NCBI GenBank assembly: GCA_016931935.1 | Contig: JAFGDW010000090.1 | Span: 199-64,198, forward strand | DNA length: 64,000 bases | Origin: Candidatus Zhuqueibacterota bacterium | GTDB lineage: Bacteria; Zhuqueibacterota; Zhuqueibacteria; Thermofontimicrobiales; Thiofontviventaceae | Direction: 5' to 3' | Shown: positions 41,775-54,600 of the stretch, one piece after another | How positions within the stretch are numbered: the stretch's first letter is position 1 | Layout of the letters: every line of letters begins with the position of its first letter | The notes under the pieces: generated by a model | What the model was told of the DNA's origin: nothing | The model's database searches: none | The model's input: only the letters and a program-made list of their open reading frames with translations | Program-made: the position numbers and the translations under genes

Positions 41775-44534
41775 TTATCGAGGTTGGGCATTAATCTTTA
41801 TGGCTGCATACTTCATAATGAGATTACGGACTTCGTCGACATTTATCGGTTTGGAAACATAACCATCCATACCGGCATCCAAAAATCGTTCGCGATCGCC
41901 TTTCATGGCATGCGCTGTCATGGCGATTATGGGTATACTCGATTTGGATGATCGCCGAATAATCCGGGTTGCTTCAATACCATCCATATTTGGCATTTGT
42001 ATATCCATCAGCACGATATCGAAGTCTGTTGAATTTACAAGGTGAACAGCTTCCCGGCCATCGTTAGCAACTGTCACGTCATGCCCCCATTTTTTTAACA
42101 AGCTTGTGGCAACTTTTTGATTTATTATATTATCTTCTGTCAGCAGAATATGTAACGGCGTCATACTGTCATTAGTCTTTTCCTCATTTGTTATTGAACA
42201 ATCATCTGACGTTTTTTCGAGTGCAGCTAATATCGAGTTATATAGATCGGATTGTCGAATAGGCTTTTGGAGAAAATGATTGATTCCGATAATTTTACTG
42301 CGCCGGACATCACTGCGGTGAATGACCGATCTCATCAGGATAATTTTAGTTTTGTCCCAATCCGTATTCATTCGAACTTTTTCCGAAAACTTAATTCCAT
42401 CCATTCCAGGCATATGAACATCGACAAGCATCAGCGCGAATTTCTGTTCACTTCCTGATGATTTATTCAGTAATTCAAACGCAATATTCGCACTATTAAC
42501 ACAGATAACATTAAAACCAAAACATAATAATGAATCCTTAAGGATAGTACAATGTGTAGCATTATCATCAACAATCAAAACTTTAATTCCATCCATCCTG
42601 CTCAGGTTATTACGATAGACTTGTGTGCATTCAATATTGCCTGGTTTAAACTTTGCGCTTAATTTAAAAACACTACCTTTCCCCATCTGACTTTCAACCT
42701 GAATATTCCCGCCCATTAATTCCGCCAGGCGTCGGGATATCGTTAAACCCAGACCGGTGCCACCATATTTTCGCGTATTTGAATTATCCACCTGGGAAAA
42801 ACTATCAAAGATTGTATTAAGCTTTTCGGTGGGGATGCCAATGCCTGTATCCACGACCGAAAAATGAAGTTCGAGTATGTTTTCGTCCCCCGTTTTGTTT
42901 GCCTCAATCATCTCAACGCGGAGAATAATCTCTCCGGTCTCTGTAAATTTGATGGCGTTACTTATCAAATTAATCAGAACCTGGCGTAATCGACTTGGAT
43001 CCCCTTTAATCGCCGAGGGGACTTTTTGTTTTATATCACATAATAACTCCAGCGATTTCGCATGTGCCTGAACAGCAAGCGTGGTTACAACTGTTTCCAG
43101 GACTTTTCGCAAATCAAAATCAATCTCTTCAAGTTCCAGCTTGCCTGCCTCGATTTTCGAAAAATCAAGGATATCATCTAAAATATCAAGCAAGGCTTCC
43201 GCTGATTGTTTGGAAATATTAAGATGTTCACGCTGTTGGTTTGTAAGCTCCGAATCCAACAATAGTTCAGCCATGCCAATTATGCCATTCATCGGGGTAC
43301 GGATTTCATGGCTCATATTTGCCAGGAATTCACTTTTTGCCTTGTTTGCAGCTTCCGCATCTTGTTTTGCTTTTTCTAGTTACTGTTCATATTTTTTTCG
43401 TTCAATAACTTCCCGTTGAAGCGAATCACGTGAAACGGTTGTTGTATTTAAATTTCTGACCATTTCATTAAAACAGATTGTCAATTCCCCGATTTCATCC
43501 TGGGTCTGTGCTTCCATAATTTCATTCAACTGACCTTTGCTAATAGCTTTAGTCGCATCCCTGAGATCTATAATGGGTTTGGTAATTCTTTTTGAGAGAT
43601 AGAAACTGACAACAATAGCCAGGCCAAAACTAAAAACCATTGTTATTATCGACATAATAATAATGGTAAAAACAGTTTCATAGGCTTCCCAAAGCGGTAG
43701 TTCAACTACGACTGCCCAATTAGGCATGCCAAGATGTTCGTGAGTTGTAAGAACGACAGTATTGATAATTCCTCTTGAAATTTCAGCGCCGCTATGATGA
43801 ACCTGTTCGCTGCCATTTACAAATTCCTTAATTTCTTTCAGATTGGCCAAATTTTCATGTTTAAGCACCCGGCTGATATCTGTAAATGCGATAAGATCAC
43901 CCTGCAAATTAACTACATAAACCGATCCATGTTTGCCAATTTTTATTGTTTCAATTAAATCCCACATGAATTTCAAATTTAATTCGGCCATGAAAACACC
44001 CTGAAAATCTCCAAAAACATCTTTAACCGGTACAGCAATAATAACCTGAGGTTCACTTGTTACCTCATCGAAATATAATGGACTTATGTATCTATTGTGA
44101 GTCGCCAGAACCGCAGCAATTTCATCTGTTTTTTGAAATGCCAACTGGCTAACTGATAATCCGGATAAGCGCGAGACTTTCAAGATTTTTTGGCTATTCT
44201 TATTCCTAATAGCTATCTGCCGGAAAGCTATTTCAGATCCCAACAACTTTTCAAGCAACATTTCCTGTGATTCACTCCCGGCGGTTGCTAAGCCACCAAC
44301 ATAAGCAATAGTTTCCAGTTGCTTGAATTTATCATCTATATAGTAACTTACTTGCTCAGCAGCTTCTTTAACAATTAATTGCAATTGCCCGTCAATTACC
44401 TTTTGTTGAGTTTGGTAACTGAAATACAATTCAAAACTGCTAAAAATCAGCATTACAATTGCAATCACTAAAAAGAATGCTATTTTTAAAGTTCTCGTCA
44501 AACTATGGAATTGTTTTGCGGATTGTTCTATCAT
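41775..44534 (-). pseudogene. dCache_1-HAMP hybrid histidine kinase (REC-REC) interrupted by one in-frame TAA
   Basis: ORFs 43380-44534 and 41775-43316 share a frame and read [31 protein letters not shown] across TAA 43380-43382. Could be a sequencing error. Confidence 0.85.
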
Positions 44535-44941
44535 ATTTTAATTTTCATTGCAGTGTCGATTTTGTGTAGACTCAAAAAAAAATGTCGTTTTCGAAGCTAT
44601 TCATCGCACAGCTCTGCTATGAGCATAACAATTGATTTTTCAATTTCACGTATCCATTCAATAATTAAGGATTTTTGAATCCATACAATTTCAAATTTCT
44701 AAATTTTCAATTTTTTCTACAATTACTATATTGAACACGGCCATTGATTAAACATCTAAATAAGCCAAACTATGAACATAATATTGATCGCTTTTAACCT
44801 TTGCCTATTAGCTAATGGCCAACAGCTAATAGCGTGTTAAGGATAGGTATTGAACGAGCCGCTCAATTAATATGTTTGAAATATGACCGTTTGAAGTACA
44901 ATATTAGTAATGATACATCGTCGCACCAACGATGGATATGC

Positions 44942-45964
44942 TTATCGAATAATTTTATCCGCCATACTTAACAATCCTTCACTTACGTTCAGTTTAAAAT
45001 GTCTGGACGTATTATAATCAAACTCGAAAAAGCTCTCCGCCGAGACAACCGCAACGTTGCCAGGATTTGTGCCCTTTAAAATTTTATCCGCCAATAACGC
45101 TGCCTGCTTACCTGTGGAAATCAAATCGACATTCACACCAAAAATTGATCGATAGCCATTGACCGACATTAGTGCGCCGCCAATCGGAATTTTATGTTGA
45201 TAGGCAAATTTACCCATGACTTCAAAGGCATCGGCAGTGACAGAAAGGGGTTCAGCCACAAACAAAATTGCATCCATGCCAATATCTTTTTGACGCCCAC
45301 GTTTCTCTAAATAGTTTTGAATTTCCAGCGCATTATCCGCAGGAAATTCTTCCAAACTTACTCCGTTTGATAGAGCTGCGGGTTGCAATGCCTTGATTTG
45401 ACTGGCGACAATGGGATAACCGCGCTGATAGGGAATCCATATTCGTTTCGCATTTGGCACGAGTTCCAGCATTATTTCAAATCTTTTAATTGCAATATCC
45501 GGCCCCGGATAACGAACACCAGTTACGTTCCCGCCCGGATGGCTGACACTTTGGACAAGATCCGTGCCTTCAATATTGGCGAAGCAAAATAACACGGGAA
45601 TGTCACTACCTTGCGTGATCGCCTTGGCTGTCATTGACACTTCAGTCGGGAATGTCAGAATAAGATCGACCTTGCTCTTGACAAACTGTTTCAGGATTTG
45701 CTCTTCTTTATCTGGTTCAAAGTTCGTCTTTTCTATATCGTAAACAATATTTTCACCTTCAATATATCCCTTTTCGTTCATCCCGGTTTTAAATCCATCG
45801 ATTACATTGGAAATGTAATCCAGTCCGCATAAAATTCCCACCTTACGTACCTTTTGTTGCTGCGGGTTTTGCTGACAGTTTATCAGTGAGAGCAACAATA
45901 AAAGTACAACGCATTTGGAAAAATCTTTAGTAGGAATTATCCACCTAAATTTTTTCATATTCAT
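44942..45964 (-). CDS. ABC_sub_bind (PF04392-like) substrate-binding lipoprotein
   Basis: Lipobox-like LLSLINC, GFKTGMNEKGYIEGENI, LVQSVSHPGGNVTGV, GKQAALLADKILKG. Confidence 0.88.
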   Translation of the reverse strand: MNMKKFRWIIPTKDFSKCVVLLLLLSLINCQQNPQQQKVRKVGILCGLDYISNVIDGFKTGMNEKGYIEGENIVYDIEKTNFEPDKEEQILKQFVKSKVDLILTFPTEVSMTAKAITQGSDIPVLFCFANIEGTDLVQSVSHPGGNVTGVRYPGPDIAIKRFEIMLELVPNAKRIWIPYQRGYPIVASQIKALQPAALSNGVSLEEFPADNALEIQNYLEKRGRQKDIGMDAILFVAEPLSVTADAFEVMGKFAYQHKIPIGGALMSVNGYRSIFGVNVDLISTGKQAALLADKILKGTNPGNVAVVSAESFFEFDYNTSRHFKLNVSEGLLSMADKIIR

Positions 45965-46193
45965 CTCTCCATAATAGTTAGTAAGGTAATTTTTGTATCA
46001 TTATCCCAACCTGGACAAGCCAGAGCCAAAATAAGAATTCCAACCACGGAATGCACTTATTAACACGGAAAAAGATTAGGTAAATTCGCGTATTCTTTTC
46101 TGTGTTATTCTGTGACTTCAGTAGTAAACAAAACTTTTGTACCAATTGAAAATCAGCCGTGATGGAAAGGGACAGAAAATTATTCGTCTGTTA

Positions 46194-49100
46194 CTAAATT
46201 TTATTTGTTGTGGCTGTTTTCACTTTAATCGAATATTTATGTAATATTCTTTTAATTTCATCGACATTGATCGGCTTGGAAATATATTCATCCATGCCGG
46301 CATCCAGGAATCGTTCACGGTCCCCCTTCATGGCGTGTGCGGTCATAGCGATAATGGGAATATGTTTATTTAAATTGAGCAATTTAGAGTTTCGAATTGT
46401 CCGGGTAGCTTCAATTCCATCCATATTCGGCATTTGTACATCCATGAAAATGATATCAAATGAATTCAATTCCAAAGCCTCCAAAGCCTCCTTACCATCA
46501 TTCGCAATGGTTATATTATGCCTCCACTTTTTAAACAAACTGGCGGCTACTTTCTGATTCACCAAATTATCTTCTGCAAGTAATATTTCCAATCGGTTCA
46601 TTTCAGTATTGTCCGAATTGATGAAGCCATTTCCATCAGTCTGTTCCCTTTTTCCAAATGCCGATAAAATTGTTTGTATCAAATCCACTTGCCGTACCGG
46701 TTTTTGGAGAAATTCATCAATTCCGTTTACTTTACTACGTTCCAAATCGCCACGATCGACAACCGAGCTCATCATAACAATTCGAATACCACTCCATTTG
46801 ACGTTCGCTCTCACTTTTTCAGTGAATTCAAAACCATTCATTTCCGGCATCTGGTAGTCGAGCAGAATTAAATCAAACAGACTTTCTTCAACAGTTGCCT
46901 GATAGAGTTTATTTAACGCTTCCTTTCCATTCCAGGTAATTGTTGCATCAATCCCATAGACTTTCAGAACATCATGCAAAATTATGCAATTCGTATTATT
47001 ATCATCAACAATGAGTACACGCATGTCGCCGAGTTCTGTAAATCGCTTTTTAAAATCATTAATTTCTACCACTTTTCCTGGCTTAAGATATGCCGTAAAC
47101 TGAAAAGTACTACTACATCCGAATTCACTCTCTACCCAAATTTGGCCATCCATCAATTCAGACAGTTTTTGAGAGATGGTGAGTCCAAGTCCGGTGCCGC
47201 CATATTTCCTGGTCGTTGAGGCGTCAACCTGAGAAAAACTTTCAAAAATTTTATTCACCTTGTCCGCTGGAATTCCAATGCCCGTGTCTTTAACAGCTAC
47301 GTGAATGCCGATGAATCCATCCTTTTTATGTTCAGCCAGTTGAACCTGAACAACAATCTCTCCTTTTTCCGTGAATTTAATTGCGTTCCCGATTAAATTG
47401 ACAACAATTTGTCGGAGCCTGCCAGGATCGCCTTTGAGTGCATGCGGAACATCTGGCGCTATATTCAATAGCAATTCCAGTTTCTTGGTGTTTGCCTGAA
47501 TGGCAAGTGTTGTCACGGCTGTTTCAAAAACTTTGCGCAAATCAAAATCAATTTCCTCCAATTCCAATCTGCCCGCTTCAATTTTTGAAAAGTCAAGTAT
47601 ATCATTGAGTAAGTCCAAAAGTGATTCTGCGGATTGTTTCGCGATATTCAAATAATCATGCTGCTGCTTTGTCAATTCCGTATCAAGCATAAGTTGGGTC
47701 ATGCCAATAACACCATTCATCGGCGTGCGAATTTCATGGCTCATATTGGCTAAAAATTCACTTTTTGAACGGCTAGCCGCTTCAGCAATTTCTTTTGCTT
47801 GTTTTAATTCTTGTTCAATTCGTTTTATCTCATTAATCGGACGACTGATTCCTACAATTCCCTGTATTTCTCCATTATTATTTAAAAATGGAACTTTCGA
47901 TGTTAATACCCAATTTGTTTCGCCGGTCGATTCATTTATTCCGTTTTCTTCTTTGTTCAATATTGATCTTCCGGTTTTTAATATTTCATTTTCATCTTTA
48001 TGAAAATCATTTACTCTATCAACCGGGAAAAAATCCAGATCCGATTTGCCTAAAACGTCATCCTGACTTCTAACTCCTAGAGATTCATAATGCGCACGAT
48101 TATTCAGGAGAAAATGATTGTTAGTGTCCTTTAAATATAATGAATCCGGAACCAAATCGATAAATGTTCGAAGCAGTTTTTTCTCTTCTTCAACCTGAAG
48201 CGTTCGTTCTTCAACTTTTCGTTCAAGTAATTTATTTCGCTCCCTAATATTTCGTGTTCGAATTTGATAAATGACCATAATCATCAAAACAGTGAAACTT
48301 ATGAGAATTAATCTGAACCACAGCGTTTGCCAAAAAGGTGGAGTAATCGTAATGTTAATAGCTGTTCCTGTTTCGTTCCACACATGGTCATTATTCGATC
48401 CCTTCACTCGAAACGTATAGTGACCGGGATCAAGGTTGGTGTAAGTCGCCATCCGCTGGTCTGCCGGCACATAATTCCACGACTTATCAAATCCTTCCAT
48501 CTTATAGGCGTACTGATTTTTTTCAGGCGCCACAAAATCGAGCGCTGCAAACTTAAACAAAAAGACTGATTGTTTGTAAGATAAAATAAGCTTTTCAGAT
48601 TCAGTAATTTGTTTTTTTAAGGGTGATGCTTCCCCACCTATTTTGACAGATTTATTAGAAATCTGGAAATCAGTAATAACAATAGGTGGCATCATTGCGT
48701 TATCTGTTATTTGATCAGGATCAAATACATTAAATCCATTATCACCCCCAAAGTACATTTTCCCAACTCTGGATTTAAAGTGGGATTTTTTAATAAACGT
48801 ATTACTCTGTAATCCATCCGCTTTGGTATAGTTCTTGAAAGTCTCATTAACCTGATTGAACCGGGAAAGCCCGCCATTTGAACTGATCCACAGGAATCCG
48901 TTATTATCCTTTTCAATTCCGAAAATCATATTATTGGGCAAGCCATCTGTGGTGAAATATCTTTTAACTGCGCCAGATTTTCTATTAATTCTATTGAGGC
49001 CATTTAAGGTGGCGATCCATAGAGTGTTGCTATCCTCTTCGAAAATGGAAGTGATGAAATTATTAGACAAACTATTGACATTATCCTGATGATGAGTATA

Positions 49101-50756
49101 ATTGACAAACGTTTCGGTTTTTGGGTTAAAGATTGTGAAACCTTCCGTTGTACCGATAAGTAAATTTCCCCTTGAATCCGTTTTTAAAACCTCAACATAA
49201 TTATTGATTAAACCACTATTTTCAACATTGTAAGCCTTAAATGATTTCTTATTTTTATTAAATTTTGTAATACCATTCTGTGTTGCAAGCCATAAGTTTC
49301 CATTTCGATCTTCGACAATATCAAAAACATTGTTATTTGATAAAGCAGAATTTTCAGATGTCCACGTTTGAAACGTTTTTGTTTTGAGGTTGAACCTACT
49401 AATTCCACCAGTCCATGTACCAATCCATAATTCATTTTCAGAATCAACGTAAACTGTCAGAACACCATCAGAATTTAAATTTGAATTTTTAGAATTATAA
49501 CTTTCGAACTTTTCCGTATGTGGGTTAAATTTATTTAGTCCCCCACCGGCAGTTGCGATCCAGATAATACCTTGTTGATCTTCACTAAATTCCCAAACAA
49601 AATTATGGCTTAGGCTGTTGGCTTGTTCAGATTTAGTTTTGTAATGAATAAATCCTTGTTTATTGTAGTGAATAACATTAATACCACCTTCATATGTTCC
49701 AACCCAAATATCCCCAATGTTATCGCAATAAATAGATTGGATTGAACTACTACTCAAACCGAATGGATCGTTCAGATTACTATTGAAATGTACAAATGTT
49801 TTCCTATCCTTTCGAAGAAAATCCAGACCACTATTTTCCGTTCCGATCCAAATACATCCGCTTTTATCATTGCATAATGTTAATACTCGATTGAACGAAA
49901 GGCTATTGTTGTTTTCCGGATTATGGCTATAATTAGTAAAATAATTTGCTGTTATATCATCTACGTGAATCGATGAAAGTCCATTTCCCAGAGAGCCAAA
50001 CCATAAATAACCATCAGAATCTTCAAGTATTGAAGTAATTGAATTTCCTGACAAACTATGAGAATTGTTCTCGTGATGCTTGTACTGGATAAAATCTTTG
50101 GTTTCATAATTATAAATATTTAATCCAGCATCTGCCGTAGCAATCCACAAATTTCCTTTACTATCTTCGAATAGTTGTCTTAGAGTATTACTACTCAAGC
50201 TATTTGGATCGCTTGGATCCGTTAAATATTGAATTGTCTGATTGTTTACCGAATCAAATAATAATAATCCATTTCCATTCGTGGCAATCCACAGGTTGCC
50301 TCGACTATCTTTGATTACGCTCCATAAATTATAGCTTTCGAGGTTATAACCATTCTGTTTGTTGTAGTTTATAAAACAATCCCGATCGCGGTTATAGCAA
50401 CTTAATCCCTGAAAGGTAGCAATCCATAAATTACCTTGTTGATCTTCACATATAGACCGAATTGAATTTGAATTTATACTCGTGGAATCATCTGGCTTAT
50501 GGCGATAAACAGTGAAATTATAGCCATCAAATTTATTAAGTCCATCAAAGGCGCCAAACCACATAAATCCCTGATGATCCTGGAAAATGCACGACACGTT
50601 GGAGTGGGAAAGTCCGTCATCCGTGGTGAGATGATCAAATTTTATATTATTTAAATTCGAAGAAATTAATACGGGGATTTGAAAACCGAATATGAACAAT
50701 ATAAAAGGGAATACCATAAAGAATTTTCTGAACTTATAAACCATAATCTCTATCAC
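46194..50756 (-). CDS. Hybrid sensor histidine kinase: propeller-Y_Y_Y-TM-PAS-HisKA-HATPase-REC-REC
   Basis: Same motif set. Exact start uncertain. Confidence 0.93.
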   Translation of the reverse strand: MIEIMVYKFRKFFMVFPFILFIFGFQIPVLISSNLNNIKFDHLTTDDGLSHSNVSCIFQDHQGFMWFGAFDGLNKFDGYNFTVYRHKPDDSTSINSNSIRSICEDQQGNLWIATFQGLSCYNRDRDCFINYNKQNGYNLESYNLWSVIKDSRGNLWIATNGNGLLLFDSVNNQTIQYLTDPSDPNSLSSNTLRQLFEDSKGNLWIATADAGLNIYNYETKDFIQYKHHENNSHSLSGNSITSILEDSDGYLWFGSLGNGLSSIHVDDITANYFTNYSHNPENNNSLSFNRVLTLCNDKSGCIWIGTENSGLDFLRKDRKTFVHFNSNLNDPFGLSSSSIQSIYCDNIGDIWVGTYEGGINVIHYNKQGFIHYKTKSEQANSLSHNFVWEFSEDQQGIIWIATAGGGLNKFNPHTEKFESYNSKNSNLNSDGVLTVYVDSENELWIGTWTGGISRFNLKTKTFQTWTSENSALSNNNVFDIVEDRNGNLWLATQNGITKFNKNKKSFKAYNVENSGLINNYVEVLKTDSRGNLLIGTTEGFTIFNPKTETFVNYTHHQDNVNSLSNNFITSIFEEDSNTLWIATLNGLNRINRKSGAVKRYFTTDGLPNNMIFGIEKDNNGFLWISSNGGLSRFNQVNETFKNYTKADGLQSNTFIKKSHFKSRVGKMYFGGDNGFNVFDPDQITDNAMMPPIVITDFQISNKSVKIGGEASPLKKQITESEKLILSYKQSVFLFKFAALDFVAPEKNQYAYKMEGFDKSWNYVPADQRMATYTNLDPGHYTFRVKGSNNDHVWNETGTAINITITPPFWQTLWFRLILISFTVLMIMVIYQIRTRNIRERNKLLERKVEERTLQVEEEKKLLRTFIDLVPDSLYLKDTNNHFLLNNRAHYESLGVRSQDDVLGKSDLDFFPVDRVNDFHKDENEILKTGRSILNKEENGINESTGETNWVLTSKVPFLNNNGEIQGIVGISRPINEIKRIEQELKQAKEIAEAASRSKSEFLANMSHEIRTPMNGVIGMTQLMLDTELTKQQHDYLNIAKQSAESLLDLLNDILDFSKIEAGRLELEEIDFDLRKVFETAVTTLAIQANTKKLELLLNIAPDVPHALKGDPGRLRQIVVNLIGNAIKFTEKGEIVVQVQLAEHKKDGFIGIHVAVKDTGIGIPADKVNKIFESFSQVDASTTRKYGGTGLGLTISQKLSELMDGQIWVESEFGCSSTFQFTAYLKPGKVVEINDFKKRFTELGDMRVLIVDDNNTNCIILHDVLKVYGIDATITWNGKEALNKLYQATVEESLFDLILLDYQMPEMNGFEFTEKVRANVKWSGIRIVMMSSVVDRGDLERSKVNGIDEFLQKPVRQVDLIQTILSAFGKREQTDGNGFINSDNTEMNRLEILLAEDNLVNQKVAASLFKKWRHNITIANDGKEALEALELNSFDIIFMDVQMPNMDGIEATRTIRNSKLLNLNKHIPIIAMTAHAMKGDRERFLDAGMDEYISKPINVDEIKRILHKYSIKVKTATTNKI

Positions 50757-51354
50757 CTCAATTTTTTATGAATCAGCCTATTTAACCATACAGGAATATA
50801 GACACTTGACTATACTCCTTATCATCACACCAGGCTGGCATCGTAGTTTGCAGCATACAACGTCCGTATTTTCATCGAGTGCAATTGTTTTATCGCACAT
50901 ACTCAAAACTGATCTTTGCGAAAGTCCGGTATGTATAGAATGATGCTCGCATGGATTATGTTGTGCTGACAATATTCCAGGCATGTGCGTAAACGAAAGC
51001 GTTTGCATCAGGTAGCGGGCACGTTCGTTCAGTAGATGTACAATAATTGAGTGGGAAAAATTGATATGTATCGGAAGAAGCTGCACTCTTACATGCTTAT
51101 GGCACACAAGAAAACAGCAAAATATGGTAAACAATGGTATAATAAATTTCAACATTCCACACAACATCATCGTCGTCTTCTCGCACATTTCATAGAAAGA
51201 AATTTGAACCGCTACAATAACTTACATGGATTCACTCGCATCACTATCAATTGCATGTTTGCATTCCTGCACATGATTCAACATCGTTTTTAGTTTAGCA
51301 ATATTATACTTTAAACTAGCATGACTTGAACATTTTTGCTTTCCTGGTCGATCA

Positions 51355-51379
51355 GTTGCCTGAGCTTGTCGAAGGCAAC
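51355..51379. repeat. Solo REP-like palindrome
   Basis: GTTGCC-TGAGCTTGTCGAA-GGCAAC. Confidence 0.7.
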
Positions 51380-51408
51380 ATGTACGCCATTGTATTTTCG
51401 AATTTTGT

Positions 51409-51541
51409 GGGGCTGTATCAAAAGTCTTGTCAAATTTCATCCTGAACGTAGTCGAAGGATGATAACTCACGATAAAACAACATGCTTCGACTTCGCTCTG
51501 CATGAAGAAATTATACGAATTTTGACTTTTTATACAGCCTC
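51409..51541. mobile_element. MITE-like element with two REP-like palindromes
   Basis: 18-bp TIRs GGGGCTGTATCAAAAGTC / GACTTTTTATACAGCCTC (16/18 match). Only a 2-bp GT flank repeat. Confidence 0.7.
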
Positions 51542-51621
51542 GTTAGCTGATGTCAGGTTCCTAAAAAAGTGGTCATATTTTTGAATCGATAAATTAGGGT
51601 TTATCAACGGGCAGTGTTTGC

Positions 51622-54600
51622 TCACGTTTTGCTTTCAGTTCCGTTACCTACGATAGCAAATGCAGCAATCTTGCTACGCACTTCCTCCACATCAATTGGC
51701 TTGGCAATGTAATCGTTCATTCCGGCATTTAAAAATGCCTCACGGTCTCCCTTCATTGCATGCGCGGTCATGGCGATAATAGGAATTTCCAGTTTCAAAG
51801 TCTGACGAATCTGCCGGGTTGCTTCAATACCATCGATATTAGGCATCTGTACATCCATAAGAACAAGATCAAAAGAACGCTTACCAAGAATACTAATCGC
51901 CTCCTGGCCATCGTTTGCTACCGTTACTTCGTGCCCCCATTTTTTCAACAGACTAGTTGCCACTTTCTGATTGACAATATTATCTTCGGCCAACAGAATA
52001 TGCAACGACGGCATCTTGTCATCGATAGAAAATGATCTCCCTATGCAATCCAAATCGGTACAGGCTTTGCCCAAAAGCGTTAAAATGGAATACATTAAAT
52101 CCGTTTGCCGGATCGGCTTTTGCAGAAACTCATCGATGCCATCAATCTTGTTTCGCTTCAGATCACTTCGGTCTACAACCGAACTCATCATAATTATTTT
52201 TATGCTGTCCCATTTTGTGTTGGCGCGAACACGCTTTGTAAATTCATAACCATCCATTTCCGGCATTTGAAAATCCAGCAAGATCAGGCTGAATTGTTTT
52301 TCTTCAACTGTTGCCTCGTATAGTTTATTTAATGCTTCCATGCCATTCCAGGCAATCGTTGGCTGAAATCCGTTTGCTTCCATTACGTCGCGCATGATAA
52401 TACAATTGGTATTATTATCGTCGACAATTAATACTCGCATGCCTTCAAGTTCTTTCACACGTCGAGCAAATTTTTCGGATTCCTTTATCTTTCCCGGCTT
52501 AAAATAGGCTGTAAATTGAAAGACACTTCCTTTTCCCAATTCGCTTTCTACCCAAATTTTTCCGCCCATCAAATGAGTGAGCTTTTGGGAGATTGTCAAG
52601 CCCAAACCGGTACCCCCAAATTTTCGTGTAGTAGAATTATCCGCCTGGGAAAAGCTTTCAAAAATTTTATCGAGCTTATCTTCAGGAATACCAATTCCGG
52701 TATCCGAAACTGAGAATTGAAGCCCGATTAATCCATCATGTTGGGTTGCATCCTTTTCGAGTAAAGACACCTTTACAAGAATTTCCCCTTTTTCGGTGAA
52801 CTTGATTGCATTCCCAATCAGGTTAACAATAATTTGACGAAGCCGTCCCGGGTCTCCCATCAATCCCACAGGCACATCATGTTTTAAATCATAAAGCAGT
52901 TCAATCCCTTTGGAATTCGCTTGTATTGCTAACGTTGTAATCGCAGTCTCCATCACCTTGCGAATATCAAAATTAATGATTTCCAGCTCCAATTTTCCGG
53001 CTTCAATTTTGGAAAAATCCAAAATATCATTGAGTAAGTCAAGCAACGATTCCGCTGATTGCTTGACAATTCGCAGATAGTCCTGCTGCTGACGGTTAAG
53101 ATCTGTTGCCAGTGCGAGTTCTGTCATGCCAATAACACCGTTCATCGGTGTACGAATTTCATGACTCATGTTGGCAAGGAACTCGCTTTTACTGCGATTT
53201 GCCGATTCAGCTATCTCCTTGGCAATTTGTAATTCTTCTTCAAATTTTTTACGATCATTAATAAGTCGGCTAACCCCGACGATTCCATCGACCTCCCCTT
53301 TATTATTTTTGAATTGAACTTTTGAAGTCAAAATCCAGTCAATTTCGCCAGTTAAAGGATTTACTCCTTTTTCTTCTTTATTGATGATTGGAATACCGGT
53401 TTTTATTATGTTGATTTCATCTTTATGGTAATCATCCACATGTCCACCGGGGAAAAAATCGGCATCGCTTTTTCCTATCATGTCCTCCTGCCTGGTAATC
53501 CCTACTGATTCCATATGCGCCCGATTATTAAGAATAAACCGTGAGTGCCGATCCTTCACAAAAATCGGGTCAGGCACAAGATCAATAACAGTTTGTAACA
53601 GGTTTTTTTTATCCTCAAGTGCATTATTTGCTGTCAGCAAATCCTTGGTGCGTTCAGCAACTTTTTGTTCAAGCTGTTTATTTTGGATACGAATGTTTCT
53701 GGTTCGTATCTGATACAGTGCAAATATTAATAACATCAATAAATTGAGCACCATCGTTCGAAACCACCACCTGTGCCAGTAAGGCGGCGTTATAATAATT
53801 GTAAGTGAGGCGCCGGTTTCATTCCAGATACCATCATTATTCGATGCTTTCACGCGGAATGTATATGTACCCGGATCAAGATTTGTATATGTCGCATCAT
53901 GCTGATTCCCGACGTAATTCCACTCGGTATCGAATCCCTCCATTTTATAAGCGTATTGGTTGCGTTCGGGAGCTATGTAATTTAAAGCGACAAATTCAAA
54001 CGAGATCACAGAATGCTGGTGGGACAATGTCAGACTACTTGTCGTGACAATGTTTTCCATCAAAGGCGAATTTCCCCCTTTAATTTCCACATCTTTATTG
54101 AAAAGCTGAAACTTTGTAATGACAACCGGAGGTTTGGCCAAATTTATGCGGAGACTTTCCGGATTAAACACATTGAAACCATTCGGGCCGCCAAAATACA
54201 TTTCACCGTCCGCCGCTTTCATGCATGATCGGCGATTGAACTCATTACCTAGCAATCCGTCATCTACGCCGTACACAATAAATTGCGGATTCTTCGGCAC
54301 ATTGGTACCATTAACAAATTTTGCAATTCCCCTGTTAGTGCTGATCCACAAATTGGCATGGTCATCTTCCAGAATGCCTTTTATTTGATTATTTGGCAAT
54401 CCCTGCTCTTCAAAATATCCTCGAAAATCTTTTTTTTCGCGACGATAAACATTTAATCCATTATCGGTGCCAATCCAAAGATTTTTTCGACTGTCTTCAA
54501 AAAAAATAATGGCGGTGCTATGACTAATGCTATTTATATTGCTCGTATCGTGCCTGAAATGTGTAAATGATTCATTTGCAGGATCAAACAGGTCGATCGA

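Noticed and set aside
44805..44832. CTATTAGCT...AGCTAATAG hairpin and heptamer-like run (similar text at 86-110)
   Set aside because: Too short and AT-rich to assign a function.
50778..51584. Overlapping 80-136 aa ORFs
   Set aside because: No recognisable motifs, weak starts and mutual overlap, and partly made of REP/MITE sequence.
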